From: Alphaproteobacteria bacterium
GTDB taxonomy: Bacteria > Pseudomonadota > Alphaproteobacteria > UBA9219
DNA length: 64,000 bases
Assembly: GCA_009779745.1 (NCBI GenBank)
Contig: WRDR01000004.1
Location: 3,713 to 67,712, forward strand
Direction of reading: 5' to 3'
Shown: positions 1 through 9,392 of the stretch, piece by piece
How the letters are laid out: each line of letters begins with the position of its first letter
How positions within the stretch are numbered: the stretch's first letter is position 1
The notes under the pieces: model-generated
What the model saw: only the letters and a program-made list of their open reading frames with translations
Told to the model about the DNA's origin: nothing
The model's database searches: none
Made by a program: the position numbers and the translations under genes

Positions 1-302
1 ATTTTGCCTACAGACTGAGTACCGGTAGTACTTGCGCCCTTTTCAACCTTGGCAGCCCTTTTCAGAAAGTAAGCATTAGGCGGCTGCTTAGTGATGAAAG
101 TAAACGAGCGGTCGGAAAAAGCAGTAATAACAACAGGTATAGGCATACCTTTTTCGAGATTACCGGTTTTAGCATTGAACTGTTTACAGAACTCCATAAT
201 GTTGAGACCCCTCTGACCCAAAGCAGGACCGGTAGGAGGCGAAGCAGTGGCTTGTCCTGCAGGAAGTTGCAGTTTTATATAGCCGACAATTTCTTTTGCC
301 AT
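1..302 (-). CDS. rplK: 50S ribosomal protein L11, N-terminal ~100 aa; the gene continues off the left window edge
   Basis: The reverse complement of 241-302 translates to [47 protein letters not shown]…, matching the L11 N-terminal signature (AKK..YiKLQ..AG.A.P.PPvGPALGQ.GvNIMEFCK.FNAKT). This ORF is absent from the ORF track because it is truncated by the window edge. Confidence 0.85.
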   Translation of the reverse strand, partial: MAKEIVGYIKLQLPAGQATASPPTGPALGQRGLNIMEFCKQFNAKTGNLEKGMPIPVVITAFSDRSFTFITKQPPNAYFLKRAAKVEKGASTTGTQSVGK

Positions 303-623
303 ATTTATTCTCCATATTAATAACAAAACACACGCCGGCAATCAGCCGGACAGCACAACACAGTGACAGGAAAGAATCTAAAAGACTATCCCCAAGAACA
401 ATTTATAAAGGACTCTGCCAAAACCACTCAATTAACGAAAACTTAACTTAATTAAAGTGATATTGTTACTAGATTCTATCCGTATAAAAATGTTCCGGCG
501 TGGTAAAAAGGCTTTCAACGGGGGGTTAAGTTTAACCTTGTATGTTGAAGACACCTGCCACACCTAGTTCACAAGTCAGTATCGTATAAACCCTTTTTTT
601 CTCAAAGTCCAGTACTATCAGCC

Positions 624-2390
624 ATGCTCCTTAAAAAACTAAATGAATCTGTCAGCAAAATCTTTATGAATCAAAGGGATACCAGTAGGAATTCGTCCCG
701 GAAAAGTGCTGTGAAAAAGAGCCCTCCAAGACCAATTAAGCCTAATCAAAACATTCTTAAGAAGCCTGCTCAAAAGCAGCCTCCCACAAAACCGGAAGTT
801 GTCTTTATAAAACCGGAAGAAGTTTTGCCCAAAGCTCTTGAAGCCCTGAACGCCAGAAACTTTTCAAAAACCGTTCAGATTCTCTCTCTTTTACCGACAA
901 CGTCCTATAATATACAGCATTTTCTGGCTAAAGGATTCGCGCTTCTGTCTTTGAACGAGAATCAAAAAGCAGCCGCCACTTTCCTCGAAGCAGCAGAGAG
1001 ATTTCCAAATCATGCTACGTTTTGGTTTAACCTAGGACTGGCGCAGGAAAATCTGGGCAATCTGAATGCCGCTATTTCAAGCTATCAAAGAAGCATTTTC
1101 ACAGAACCTAATATGTCTCTGCAAAAGCTGATGGCTCTCGGTAACATAGCCAATATATTTTTGAAGAAGAACGAGCCTCTTAAAGCGCAAACCAACATAG
1201 AGCAGGCATTATCCAGTTACGATGTTCTGTCTTCTATTAAGCCCTTAGAGACACAAGAGCCCAGAGTTAAGGCTCAGTTTCTGAATACATTAAGCCTGTC
1301 TCTTATGCGGCAGGGGCTGTATTCGGCGGCAATAAAGTATTTCTTAGAGGCTCACAAGCTGTATCCTGCGAGCGACCTTACGTTAGTGAACCTTGCAATT
1401 GCGTACTCCGATATTTTCGATTTTAAAAGTGCTCATTACTATTTTGCAAAAGCAATGGCAATTAAGGATACTCCGACAATACAGTACTATGACGGGCTTA
1501 CGTACCTGTTAGAGGGCGATTATAAAAAAGGCTTTCCGTTATTAGATAAAAAATTACAAGAGGCGGCAGCACTAAAAATAAAATCCGATATTCCGGTATG
1601 GAAAGGAGAAGATATTTCCGGCAAAAGCCTTTTGATAGTCTATGAACAGGGATTGGGCGATGTCATACACTTTGCGCGGTATCATGCGTTGCTGCCGAAG
1701 GACTGCGAGTTATTCTGGGTTATACCAAAATCTCTGGCCGGTTTGTTGAAGCCGTATCTCAGAGGCACTATCATAGAAGATGACAAGGTTGTAAGTTTTT
1801 TGCAGAACAAAAAATGCGATTTTTTCATTCCTATGTTTTCAATATGCAGCATAGCCGGATATGAAAAAGTGCCTCCTATAGCAATTAAAGCAAAAGATTT
1901 TCCGGAAAAGAAAAAAGTCTGTACTCTTGAAAATCCAAATATTCTTAAGGTGGGACTGATATGGCAAGGCTCCGGGACGAACAAAAGAGATTTTGAGCGT
2001 TCAATCCCGCTGGGCAAATTTTCCGCTTTGTTTGAAAACAAAAACATAGCGTTTTACGCTCCGTTCAAAGGCTATGATGAAGAAGGATTGAAGGACTATC
2101 CAATAGAATCTTTAAACCATGAGATTTCCGATTTCACAGATGCTATGCGGATATTTGACGAGCTGGACATAATAATAACCGTAGATACGGCAAGCGTTCA
2201 TCTGGCAGGCTCTATGGGTAAGAAAACTTTCCTGCTTTTGCCGAAATGTCCGGACTGGAGATGGGGTATAGACAAAGACACAACGGATTTATATCCGTCC
2301 GTAACAATCCTGCGGCAGGAAGAATTCAACAACTGGGACAGTGTTATAGCTAGGCTGGTGACGTTGGTGGAATGTGTAAAAAGTGTGTAG
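624..2390 (+). CDS. TPR-repeat protein with a C-terminal GT9 (heptosyltransferase-like) glycosyltransferase domain
   Basis: The N-terminal half contains TPR-like helical repeats (FWFNLGLAQENLGNLNAAISSYQRSI…). The C-terminal half has GT9-like motifs: EQGLGDVIHFARY, VGLIWQGSG, VDTASVHLAGSMGKKTFLLLP and DWRW. It is a paralog of the ORF at 31616-33409. Confidence 0.6.
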   Translation: MLLKKLNESVSKIFMNQRDTSRNSSRKSAVKKSPPRPIKPNQNILKKPAQKQPPTKPEVVFIKPEEVLPKALEALNARNFSKTVQILSLLPTTSYNIQHFLAKGFALLSLNENQKAAATFLEAAERFPNHATFWFNLGLAQENLGNLNAAISSYQRSIFTEPNMSLQKLMALGNIANIFLKKNEPLKAQTNIEQALSSYDVLSSIKPLETQEPRVKAQFLNTLSLSLMRQGLYSAAIKYFLEAHKLYPASDLTLVNLAIAYSDIFDFKSAHYYFAKAMAIKDTPTIQYYDGLTYLLEGDYKKGFPLLDKKLQEAAALKIKSDIPVWKGEDISGKSLLIVYEQGLGDVIHFARYHALLPKDCELFWVIPKSLAGLLKPYLRGTIIEDDKVVSFLQNKKCDFFIPMFSICSIAGYEKVPPIAIKAKDFPEKKKVCTLENPNILKVGLIWQGSGTNKRDFERSIPLGKFSALFENKNIAFYAPFKGYDEEGLKDYPIESLNHEISDFTDAMRIFDELDIIITVDTASVHLAGSMGKKTFLLLPKCPDWRWGIDKDTTDLYPSVTILRQEEFNNWDSVIARLVTLVECVKSV

Positions 2391-2417
2391 TGTTGAGAGT
2401 GGAGTTAGTACGTATTC

Positions 2418-5069
2418 CTATTTCTTTTTCTTAGAAGTCTTAGCTGCCGGCTTCTTTCCGGACGCATTCATCTTAGCAGCCTTTGCGTCCAAGAACTCTA
2501 TGGCGTTTTCTAGGGACAGATCTTCCGGATCATAATCCTTAGTAACTGTCGCCATTACTTTGCCCCACTTCACATAAGGACCGAAACGCCCTTTGTTCAA
2601 GGTAATCGGTTTGGAGTCCTTCGGATGCGCGCCCAGCTCTTTTGCAGAAGAACTGGCTCTCCTGCCCTTGGAAGGCTCAGACAACAAAGCAACTGCTCTG
2701 TTGACATCAACAGTCAAAACATCATCTTCCGGAGTCAAACTTCTGTATGCAGAACCCATTTTTACATACTCGCCAAAACGCCCTATATCCGCAGTTATTT
2801 TCTCATTGGTCTCAGGGTGGACTCCAACCTCTCTGGGCAGGGACAAAAGCGAAAGTGCAGTATCAAAGTCAATACTGGTCGGATCCAGTTTTTTCGGCAG
2901 GCTTGTTCTTTTCGGTTTAGGAGCCGCCTCTTTTTTGGTCTTCTTTGCTTTTTTTGGCTTATCTTCTTTCGGCTCTGCAGCAACGGCATCAAGCTGAACA
3001 TAAGCACCGTAAGGACCGACTCTCACGGAAACCATGGCTCCGGTAACAGGGTCAGTCCCAAGCTCTCTTGGAGCCATTTCATCTTTAGAGTCCCCTCCCC
3101 CCTGCACAGCCAAAGGTCTTGTATTCTTGCATTCCGGATAATTGGAACAGCCCAAGAAAGCCCCGAATTTACCCAGCTTCAAACCCATTCTGCCAGTCTT
3201 GCATACCGGACAAAGACGCAAATCTTTTTCCGGCTCACCCTCTTCTTTCGGGAAAAAGTGCTGCTCCAGAACCTTATCCAAAACATCAATAACATCCGAG
3301 ATTTTCAGCTCTTTAGTATCATCAACAGCCTTAGAAAAAGCCTTCCAGAAATCTCTCAATACTTCTTTCCATTTAAGCCGCCCTCCGGAAACATCGTCCA
3401 GCTTTTCTTCGAGGTCAGCAGTAAAATCATACTGTACATACTCTTTGAAAAATTCTTCAAGAAAAACAGTAACTATCCTGCCTCTGTCTTCCGGAACAAA
3501 ACGCTTCTTGTCCAACCGCACATAGTCCCTATCCTGCAGCACTTGCATAATGCTGGCGTAAGTAGAAGGTCTTCCAATGCCAAGCTCTTCCAGTTTCTTC
3601 ACCAGAGATGCTTCCGTGTATCTCGGCGGAGGCTGCGTAAAATGCTGCTCCTGAGTTATTTGCTTAGTCTCTAGCCCGTCCCCTTCCTCCATTTTCGGAA
3701 GTCTGGTATCACCGTACCCGTCATTACCCTTTTGACCGCCTATATCCGCGTCGTCGCTGCCCTCTCTGTAAACCTTGAGCCAGCCGTCAAACACTACGAC
3801 AGAACCTGCTGCCCTAAACATAGCCTTACAGTTTTCCCTGTTCGCACTATTACTGTCTATAATATCCACAGAAACCTGATCGAGAACAACGCTGGTCATC
3901 TGAGACGCAACAGCTTTCTGCCAGATAAGCGTATATAATTCCAACTGTTCCTTATTGAGATACTTTGCTACATATTCAGGCCGCCTGCTTATATCCGTAG
4001 GTCTTATAGCCTCATGCGCTTCTTGAGCATTCTTTGCTTTGTTCTTGTAAATTCTCGGCGAGGACGGCAAATACTGCTGTCCGTAATCTTTTTCTATGAC
4101 TGCCCTGGCACCGGCAATAGCCTCGGAAGACAAATACACTCCGTCCGTTCTCATGTAGGTTATGAGTCCCACAGTATCGCCGCCTATATCCACTCCCTCA
4201 TACAGACCCTGAGCAATCCGCATAGTGCGAGTCGCTCCCAAACCTAATTTCCTCGAAGCCTCTTGCTGTAGTGTAGACGTTGTAAAAGGAGGAGACGGAT
4301 TTCTCTTTGTCTGTTTCCTCTCTATATGAAATACCTTATACGACAATTTGCTGACGCTGTCCAAAGCAGCTTGAGCCTCTTCCTTAGTAGACAGCGTGAA
4401 TTTCTCAAGTTTCTTCCCGTCCAAAATCATAAGATACGAGGGTACTGTTCCTTTTTCCTTAGTAAGAAATTCCCCTTCTATGCTCCAGAACTCTTGAATC
4501 TGAAACTTTTCAATCTCTACTTCTCTATCGCAAATCAGCCGTAAGGCAACAGACTGCACTCTTCCCGCAGATCTGGAGCCCGGAAGTTTCCGCCATAAGA
4601 CTGGCGACAGCGAAAATCCCACCAAATAATCCAACGCTCTTCTTGCCATATACGCATCGACTAAATCGCTGTCTATTTCTCTCGGGTGAGATATGGCTTC
4701 CGTTACTGCCTTTTTCGTAATCTCGTTAAATGATACTCGCTTGATGCTTTTGTTTTTGTCCAAGCCCTTTTCATGCAGAATCTCTTTTATGTGCCATGCT
4801 ATAGCTTCTCCCTCTCTGTCAGGGTCGCTTGCCAGAAAAACAGAAGAAGCAGCTTTGACCGCCTTTGTTATTTCCGATACTGCCTTCTTAGCCTTCTCGT
4901 TGAACTCCCAGTCCATAGCAAAGTCTTCTTCCGGCCGCACAGACCCGTCTTTAGGCAGCAAATCCCGTACATGCCCGTAAGACGACAGAACCGCATAATC
5001 CTTTCCCAGATACTTATTCAGGGTTTTTGCTTTTGCAGGAGATTCAACTATGACAACTTTATCAGACAC
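2418..5069 (-). CDS. topA: DNA topoisomerase I
   Basis: The N-terminus MSDKVVIVESPAKAKTLNKYLGKDYAVLSSYGHVRDL is the TOPRIM signature, at a length of 883 aa. The C-terminus carries a Zn-ribbon (CPVCKTG…CSNYPEC) and a lysine-rich tail. Confidence 0.95.
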   Translation of the reverse strand: MSDKVVIVESPAKAKTLNKYLGKDYAVLSSYGHVRDLLPKDGSVRPEEDFAMDWEFNEKAKKAVSEITKAVKAASSVFLASDPDREGEAIAWHIKEILHEKGLDKNKSIKRVSFNEITKKAVTEAISHPREIDSDLVDAYMARRALDYLVGFSLSPVLWRKLPGSRSAGRVQSVALRLICDREVEIEKFQIQEFWSIEGEFLTKEKGTVPSYLMILDGKKLEKFTLSTKEEAQAALDSVSKLSYKVFHIERKQTKRNPSPPFTTSTLQQEASRKLGLGATRTMRIAQGLYEGVDIGGDTVGLITYMRTDGVYLSSEAIAGARAVIEKDYGQQYLPSSPRIYKNKAKNAQEAHEAIRPTDISRRPEYVAKYLNKEQLELYTLIWQKAVASQMTSVVLDQVSVDIIDSNSANRENCKAMFRAAGSVVVFDGWLKVYREGSDDADIGGQKGNDGYGDTRLPKMEEGDGLETKQITQEQHFTQPPPRYTEASLVKKLEELGIGRPSTYASIMQVLQDRDYVRLDKKRFVPEDRGRIVTVFLEEFFKEYVQYDFTADLEEKLDDVSGGRLKWKEVLRDFWKAFSKAVDDTKELKISDVIDVLDKVLEQHFFPKEEGEPEKDLRLCPVCKTGRMGLKLGKFGAFLGCSNYPECKNTRPLAVQGGGDSKDEMAPRELGTDPVTGAMVSVRVGPYGAYVQLDAVAAEPKEDKPKKAKKTKKEAAPKPKRTSLPKKLDPTSIDFDTALSLLSLPREVGVHPETNEKITADIGRFGEYVKMGSAYRSLTPEDDVLTVDVNRAVALLSEPSKGRRASSSAKELGAHPKDSKPITLNKGRFGPYVKWGKVMATVTKDYDPEDLSLENAIEFLDAKAAKMNASGKKPAAKTSKKKK

Positions 5070-5327
5070 TATTTTTTCCTTTTGTCTTTATGATTTATGC
5101 TATCTTTTATAGGCATACTTACATTAATACAAGAAATCTGTTTGTTTTTGACTTAAATCAAGAATAATCATTTATTGTACAACTAATCTTATTTAATTTT
5201 GGTTAATTAACACTATGCGATTAACATTGGTTTAATGTTTTAGATTAACTTTTAGTTATAATTTGTTGTAATTACTTTCATCTTTTTATGGTACTATATA
5301 ATTATAGATCCTAAAGGGAGAAGTGAT

Positions 5328-6638
5328 ATGACAGCACATAATCCATACATAGTCAGCCTTGTTGCGGATGGTGACGAAAACAAACAGAGTTTCTTAAACT
5401 TAGACATAAGTACTCTGCATATAGATTTTGCCAACCTTAAACCAGAAGAATTTGGATTAAGTCCTGCCGACTTGGACATAAGTCCTTATCTTGTCATATT
5501 CGACAAGAAATATGCGCTTTTGAAACAACTGCCTGATATTGTCAAAACATCAATCGAAGCAAACATTAAGGAGAAGCCAGAATTTGTTCAGGAGATAGAA
5601 TTTGATTCTACTTGCGACACTTTGAATCTAGACGAACTGCAAAAACTGCTCGCATCAGAAAACAGAAAAGACGAGTTACAATCTATACGCGGACTGAAGA
5701 GAATAGATGGAAAAGACAATACTGCCAATATAAAACTGTTCTCATATTTAAGCAGGGAATTGAAAGCAAAAGTATGCGCTGTTGTTGCATTGGAAAAGTA
5801 TTATCCAAACAGTGATGATTATAATAGAGACGATATGATTCACATTCGGGACTATATTGTGCAGAAAGTGGACAATATGGACAAAGCCGAAGTGAGTAGG
5901 CTGAAACCGGATAGCTTTACTAAAGCCGCTACACAAGAAGCAATGTACGAAGAAGCGGAAACTTTTTTTGAGGCTGAGCGAGTTAAAGCAGGTGCTACTC
6001 AAGAGCAACCCGGAGATAAGGAGGAACTAAGCAGTTTCTATTTGAACGGCACGGAATATAAATTTTATAATCTATTGACAGAAAACGCTCTTAAGTACGA
6101 AGGCGATAAAATGAATCATTGTGTTGGTGGGTATTGGTCTAAGGTGGAAACGAAGGAAGTAAGAATTATATCGCTTCGTGATGACAAGAACGAGCCACGC
6201 GCAACATTGGAAATTGATACTAAGACAAATACCATAATCCAGATTCAAGGCAGAAAAAACAAAAACATCGACGAAAAATATCATCAGATGATTCTTGATT
6301 TTGTTTCTGAGCCTAAGTGGGAGATTGAGGTGAATGATAGATTTTTCGAAAAAATCCCAGCGGTTCGTTTGAAAGATGGTAAGATAAAATTGTGGACTGA
6401 TCTCGATATAGAAGATGCACGCAATGGCAACTTCACACGAGATTATGGTAATTCTTCTATGCACACAGAACAACGAAAAAATGTAAACACTATCGTCGCA
6501 TTAGGAACTGACGATGATAAGTGGTTTCTCAACAACACCTTGATCCTAAATAACATAACACAAAAGTGGTTTGAGTTGTTGCCGGGTTCCCAAATAGCTG
6601 CAAAAAAAACACCTTTTAACCATACACATAGACGGTAA
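5328..6638 (+). CDS. PcfJ-like protein (mobile-element associated), probably the 5' part of a frameshifted gene
   Basis: The segment LKYEGDKMNHCVGGYWSKVETKEVRIISLRDDKNEPRATLEIDTKTNTIIQIQGRKNKN matches my recollection of the PcfJ-domain core (L..EG..M.HCV..Y…SLR…TLE…Q.RG..N). The stop codon follows an A8 run at 6602-6609, and frame +1 stays open from 6598 into the next ORF. Confidence 0.5.
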   Translation: MTAHNPYIVSLVADGDENKQSFLNLDISTLHIDFANLKPEEFGLSPADLDISPYLVIFDKKYALLKQLPDIVKTSIEANIKEKPEFVQEIEFDSTCDTLNLDELQKLLASENRKDELQSIRGLKRIDGKDNTANIKLFSYLSRELKAKVCAVVALEKYYPNSDDYNRDDMIHIRDYIVQKVDNMDKAEVSRLKPDSFTKAATQEAMYEEAETFFEAERVKAGATQEQPGDKEELSSFYLNGTEYKFYNLLTENALKYEGDKMNHCVGGYWSKVETKEVRIISLRDDKNEPRATLEIDTKTNTIIQIQGRKNKNIDEKYHQMILDFVSEPKWEIEVNDRFFEKIPAVRLKDGKIKLWTDLDIEDARNGNFTRDYGNSSMHTEQRKNVNTIVALGTDDDKWFLNNTLILNNITQKWFELLPGSQIAAKKTPFNHTHRR

Positions 6639-6738
6639 AACAGATCTTAATAAAGATATTGTTGACGCAATCATATGCAGCAATATAGACGAGCTTATAA
6701 TAAACGGGGATTATAATAATGCACACGACCAAAACAGC

Positions 6739-7317
6739 ATGCCTATAATACATGCAGAGGATACTATAAATACACTCAAGGAATGTGAACGTTTGATCAG
6801 GCAATCAAAAGATCTTGTCCGTGTTACGATAGGCGGTGTCAATAGTGAACAGACATATCATCTTGTGCAAGCGATCGTAGAGAATCCTTCAATAAAAAAT
6901 TTCAAGGCATACAAAATACTGACAGAGGCTGCTATAAATTTAGTTGCTAAAAGTAATAATATAACTACTTTTTCAACTTGCTCAGAAGTCTACAAAGGCC
7001 GTTCCCGCCACTACTCTGAAGAAATAATTAGCGAAAGCATAACGGTCATTCGTACAGCATTGGAAACCGGAGAAAACCATAATTTACATCAAGTGTTTTT
7101 TCAACATAGTCCGATTCCAGAACTGGAACCTCTGCTTGCAGACAACAGACAAAAAGCAACCCGAGTTGTATTTGCAGATGTTTCCGAGACAGAGCATAAA
7201 ATAGAGCCTGAGCAGCCGGATGGAAAGCTTCTGTTACACAATATGGCAATTTGTCCCCTCCAGACGACACGTCCACAAACGACAAATCGTCCCTCGCTAA
7301 CTTGTTATGTTATATAG
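6739..7317 (+). CDS. Hypothetical protein; likely the 3' part of the same PcfJ-like gene, separated by a frameshift
   Basis: The reading frame is open upstream to 6598 (LQKKHLLTIHIDGKTDLNKDIVDAIICSNIDELIINGDYNNAHDQNSMPIIHAED…). A 1-nt contraction of the A8 run at 6602-6609 would fuse it in frame with 5328-6638. Confidence 0.4.
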   Translation: MPIIHAEDTINTLKECERLIRQSKDLVRVTIGGVNSEQTYHLVQAIVENPSIKNFKAYKILTEAAINLVAKSNNITTFSTCSEVYKGRSRHYSEEIISESITVIRTALETGENHNLHQVFFQHSPIPELEPLLADNRQKATRVVFADVSETEHKIEPEQPDGKLLLHNMAICPLQTTRPQTTNRPSLTCYVI

Positions 7318-7398
7318 ATATTTTTGAATTATCTGTGCTGCCGCAGCATTCTGCAACACCACGATATAAAAAACGCAGGGATTTCCGGTGAGAACAAC

Positions 7399-7595
7399 CC
7401 TTGTCATTCCCGCTCCCTCCCTTGTCATTCCCGCGCAGGCGGGAATAGGGCAAACCTGCTGTAATCAAGCAATCTAGTTAGTACTATAACAACATAATAT
7501 TAAAAGAAAAACTCTATTCAAACGCCTCACTAATAAACTTACATTTTGTACCAACCTTGCCCACTCCCGCCTGCGCGGGAGTGACAATAGGGGGC
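7399..7595. repeat. MITE-like element: GC-rich inverted repeats with ATTCCC…GGGAAT stems flanking a ~100-bp AT-rich core
   Basis: The left arm is cccttgtcattcccgc(tccctcccttgtcattccc)gcgcaggcgggaataggg at 7399-7450. The right arm is cccactcccgcctgcgcgggagtgacaatagggg at 7560-7595, in inverted orientation. The left arm contains the perfect palindrome attcccgcgcaggcgggaat. The element sits in an otherwise AT-rich spacer. Confidence 0.6.
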
Positions 7596-7659
7596 TTGGA
7601 AATAACAACCGGAGGGACAGCAACCATCGCACCAACTCCTAACTCCACACTTCACACTC

Positions 7660-8787
7660 CTAACCAATCAACACCACCCTATTGCCCGTAACCCTCTGAG
7701 CTATGCCGGACAGCTCCAGTTCCGTAATCACCATAAACACAACATTTATCGGCAATGCACAGTCTCTGCCCAGTTCGTCAATATCAACCGGCGAGTAACT
7801 CATTTTAGACAATATCACCTCTCTGGCTTTAAGAACCGTATCATCATCAACACTTTCTATAATTGAAGGAATACTATCATCTTCAAAGAAACTCTCATTC
7901 CTCTGAAACAAATCAAAAGGTTTAGACTGAAGCCCTACTATAATATCCTGAACGCCTTCAGTAATATGAGCTCCCTGACGTATCAGCTCATTAGTGCCGC
8001 TGGCACGTGGATCTCGCGGAAACCCAGGCACTGCAAACACTTCTCTTCCCTGTTCCAACGCCTTGTTCGCAGTTATAAGAGAGCCTGATTTCCTGTTAGC
8101 CTCTACAACCGCGACTCCAAGACTTAAGCCTGAGATTATTCTGTTTCTTCTGGGAAAGGAGCTTTTAATAGGCTCTGTTCCCAAAGGTATCTCGGACACA
8201 ACACAGCCCTTAGTCTTCATAACTTCATACAGTTTATTATTAGACGCAGGATACACAACATCTACGCCTCCGGCAAAAACAGCTATAGTTCCGGTCTCTA
8301 TACTCGCCTCATGCACCGCAGTGTCAATACCCATAGCAAAGCCTGAAACCGTAACAAATTTGTGCTTGCCCAAATCGCTTGCCAGCGTCTTTGCCATTCC
8401 GATTCCATTGGTAGACGCATGTCTGGTTCCGACAATCGCCACACATTTTCTATGTAAAAGCTCTTCATTTCCCAGCACATATATAACAGGCGGAGCATCT
8501 TCCGTGTTATACAGCATTTCCGGATAGTCCTCATCGCACAACGGTATGCAGCGTCCGCCAATAGCTTTCAGCTTCTTTAGTTCCTCTATAACAGATTGTT
8601 CAGACGGAATTTTCAGAGGCTTTTGCAAACCGCGCCTTTCGAATGAAGGCAAAGCCTTAAATACAGAATCTGCTGTTTTGAATTTATTAATAAGATTGCA
8701 AAAAGTTATAGGACCTATTCTTTCTGTTCCGGCAAGCCTTATCCAATTTATCAGTTCCGAATCAGTCAGCTTTTGCTTTTGCATCAT
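7660..8787 (-). CDS. dprA: DNA processing protein DprA (Smf)
   Basis: The protein is 375 aa. The Rossmann-like DprA core is present (VAIVGTRHASTNG…VSGFAMGIDTAVHEASIETGTIAVFAGGVDVVYPASN). It lies upstream of topA on the same strand, the classic dprA-topA arrangement. Confidence 0.9.
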   Translation of the reverse strand: MMQKQKLTDSELINWIRLAGTERIGPITFCNLINKFKTADSVFKALPSFERRGLQKPLKIPSEQSVIEELKKLKAIGGRCIPLCDEDYPEMLYNTEDAPPVIYVLGNEELLHRKCVAIVGTRHASTNGIGMAKTLASDLGKHKFVTVSGFAMGIDTAVHEASIETGTIAVFAGGVDVVYPASNNKLYEVMKTKGCVVSEIPLGTEPIKSSFPRRNRIISGLSLGVAVVEANRKSGSLITANKALEQGREVFAVPGFPRDPRASGTNELIRQGAHITEGVQDIIVGLQSKPFDLFQRNESFFEDDSIPSIIESVDDDTVLKAREVILSKMSYSPVDIDELGRDCALPINVVFMVITELELSGIAQRVTGNRVVLIG

Positions 8788-9392
8788 ATTTTGATCCTTG
8801 GCTCAGTACCTTTCAAAAGCCTTCCTATGTTTCCTTTGTGCTTAAAGAAAATCAAAATAATCAACACAATAGATAAAGGTATTACTTCTATCCTGTCAAA
8901 TAACCATAAGCCTATAGGAATTAAAACAGAAACTAAAAGCGTAGCAAGCGAAGAAAGTCTGGTAATATAAGCTATAGGAATCCACAGCACCATAGTAGCA
9001 AGCGCAGTATACGGCGATAAAACCGCAAGCACGCCTATACCGGTCGCAACTCCTTTTCCTCCCTTGAATCCGAGCCACACCGGAAACATATGCCCCAAAA
9101 CAGCCGCAAGAGGCACGACAAATAAAATAAAAACATCACCCCAATCACTTAGCACATCTCCTAAAAGCAAAACAGAAAAACAAACGGCAGCCGCTCCTTT
9201 AAAAGCATCGCACAAAAGAGTTAATACTGCCAACGACTTATTGCCTGTTCTTAAAACATTGGTTGTACCGATATTTCCGGAACCTATCTTTCGAATGTCT
9301 CCATACCCAAACATCTTAGTTAGTATAAGCCCGAAAGGAATGCTGCCCAAAAGATACGCAGCAACAGTAACTATGGCAAAATCCATTCTCAA
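8784..9392 (-). CDS. plsY: Glycerol-3-phosphate acyltransferase PlsY
   Basis: The N-terminus AIVTVAAYLLGSIPFGLILTKMFGYGDIRKIGSGNIGTTNVLR is the PlsY signature. The protein is 202 aa and a membrane protein. Confidence 0.9.
   Translation of the reverse strand: MRMDFAIVTVAAYLLGSIPFGLILTKMFGYGDIRKIGSGNIGTTNVLRTGNKSLAVLTLLCDAFKGAAAVCFSVLLLGDVLSDWGDVFILFVVPLAAVLGHMFPVWLGFKGGKGVATGIGVLAVLSPYTALATMVLWIPIAYITRLSSLATLLVSVLIPIGLWLFDRIEVIPLSIVLIILIFFKHKGNIGRLLKGTEPRIKI

Noticed and set aside
2593-4980. Multiple + strand ORFs inside topA (e.g. 2625-3674, 3142-3525, 4693-4980).
   Set aside because: They are antisense shadow ORFs within a well-supported 883-aa topA with low-complexity translations and no motifs.
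7399-7450. Neisseria origin or contamination, suggested by an exact dRS3-like attcccgcgcaggcgggaat repeat.
   Set aside because: The surrounding genes (dprA, topA, rpoB N-terminal signature) and the base composition are alphaproteobacterial and contiguous with the repeat. The resemblance is treated as convergent or analogous.
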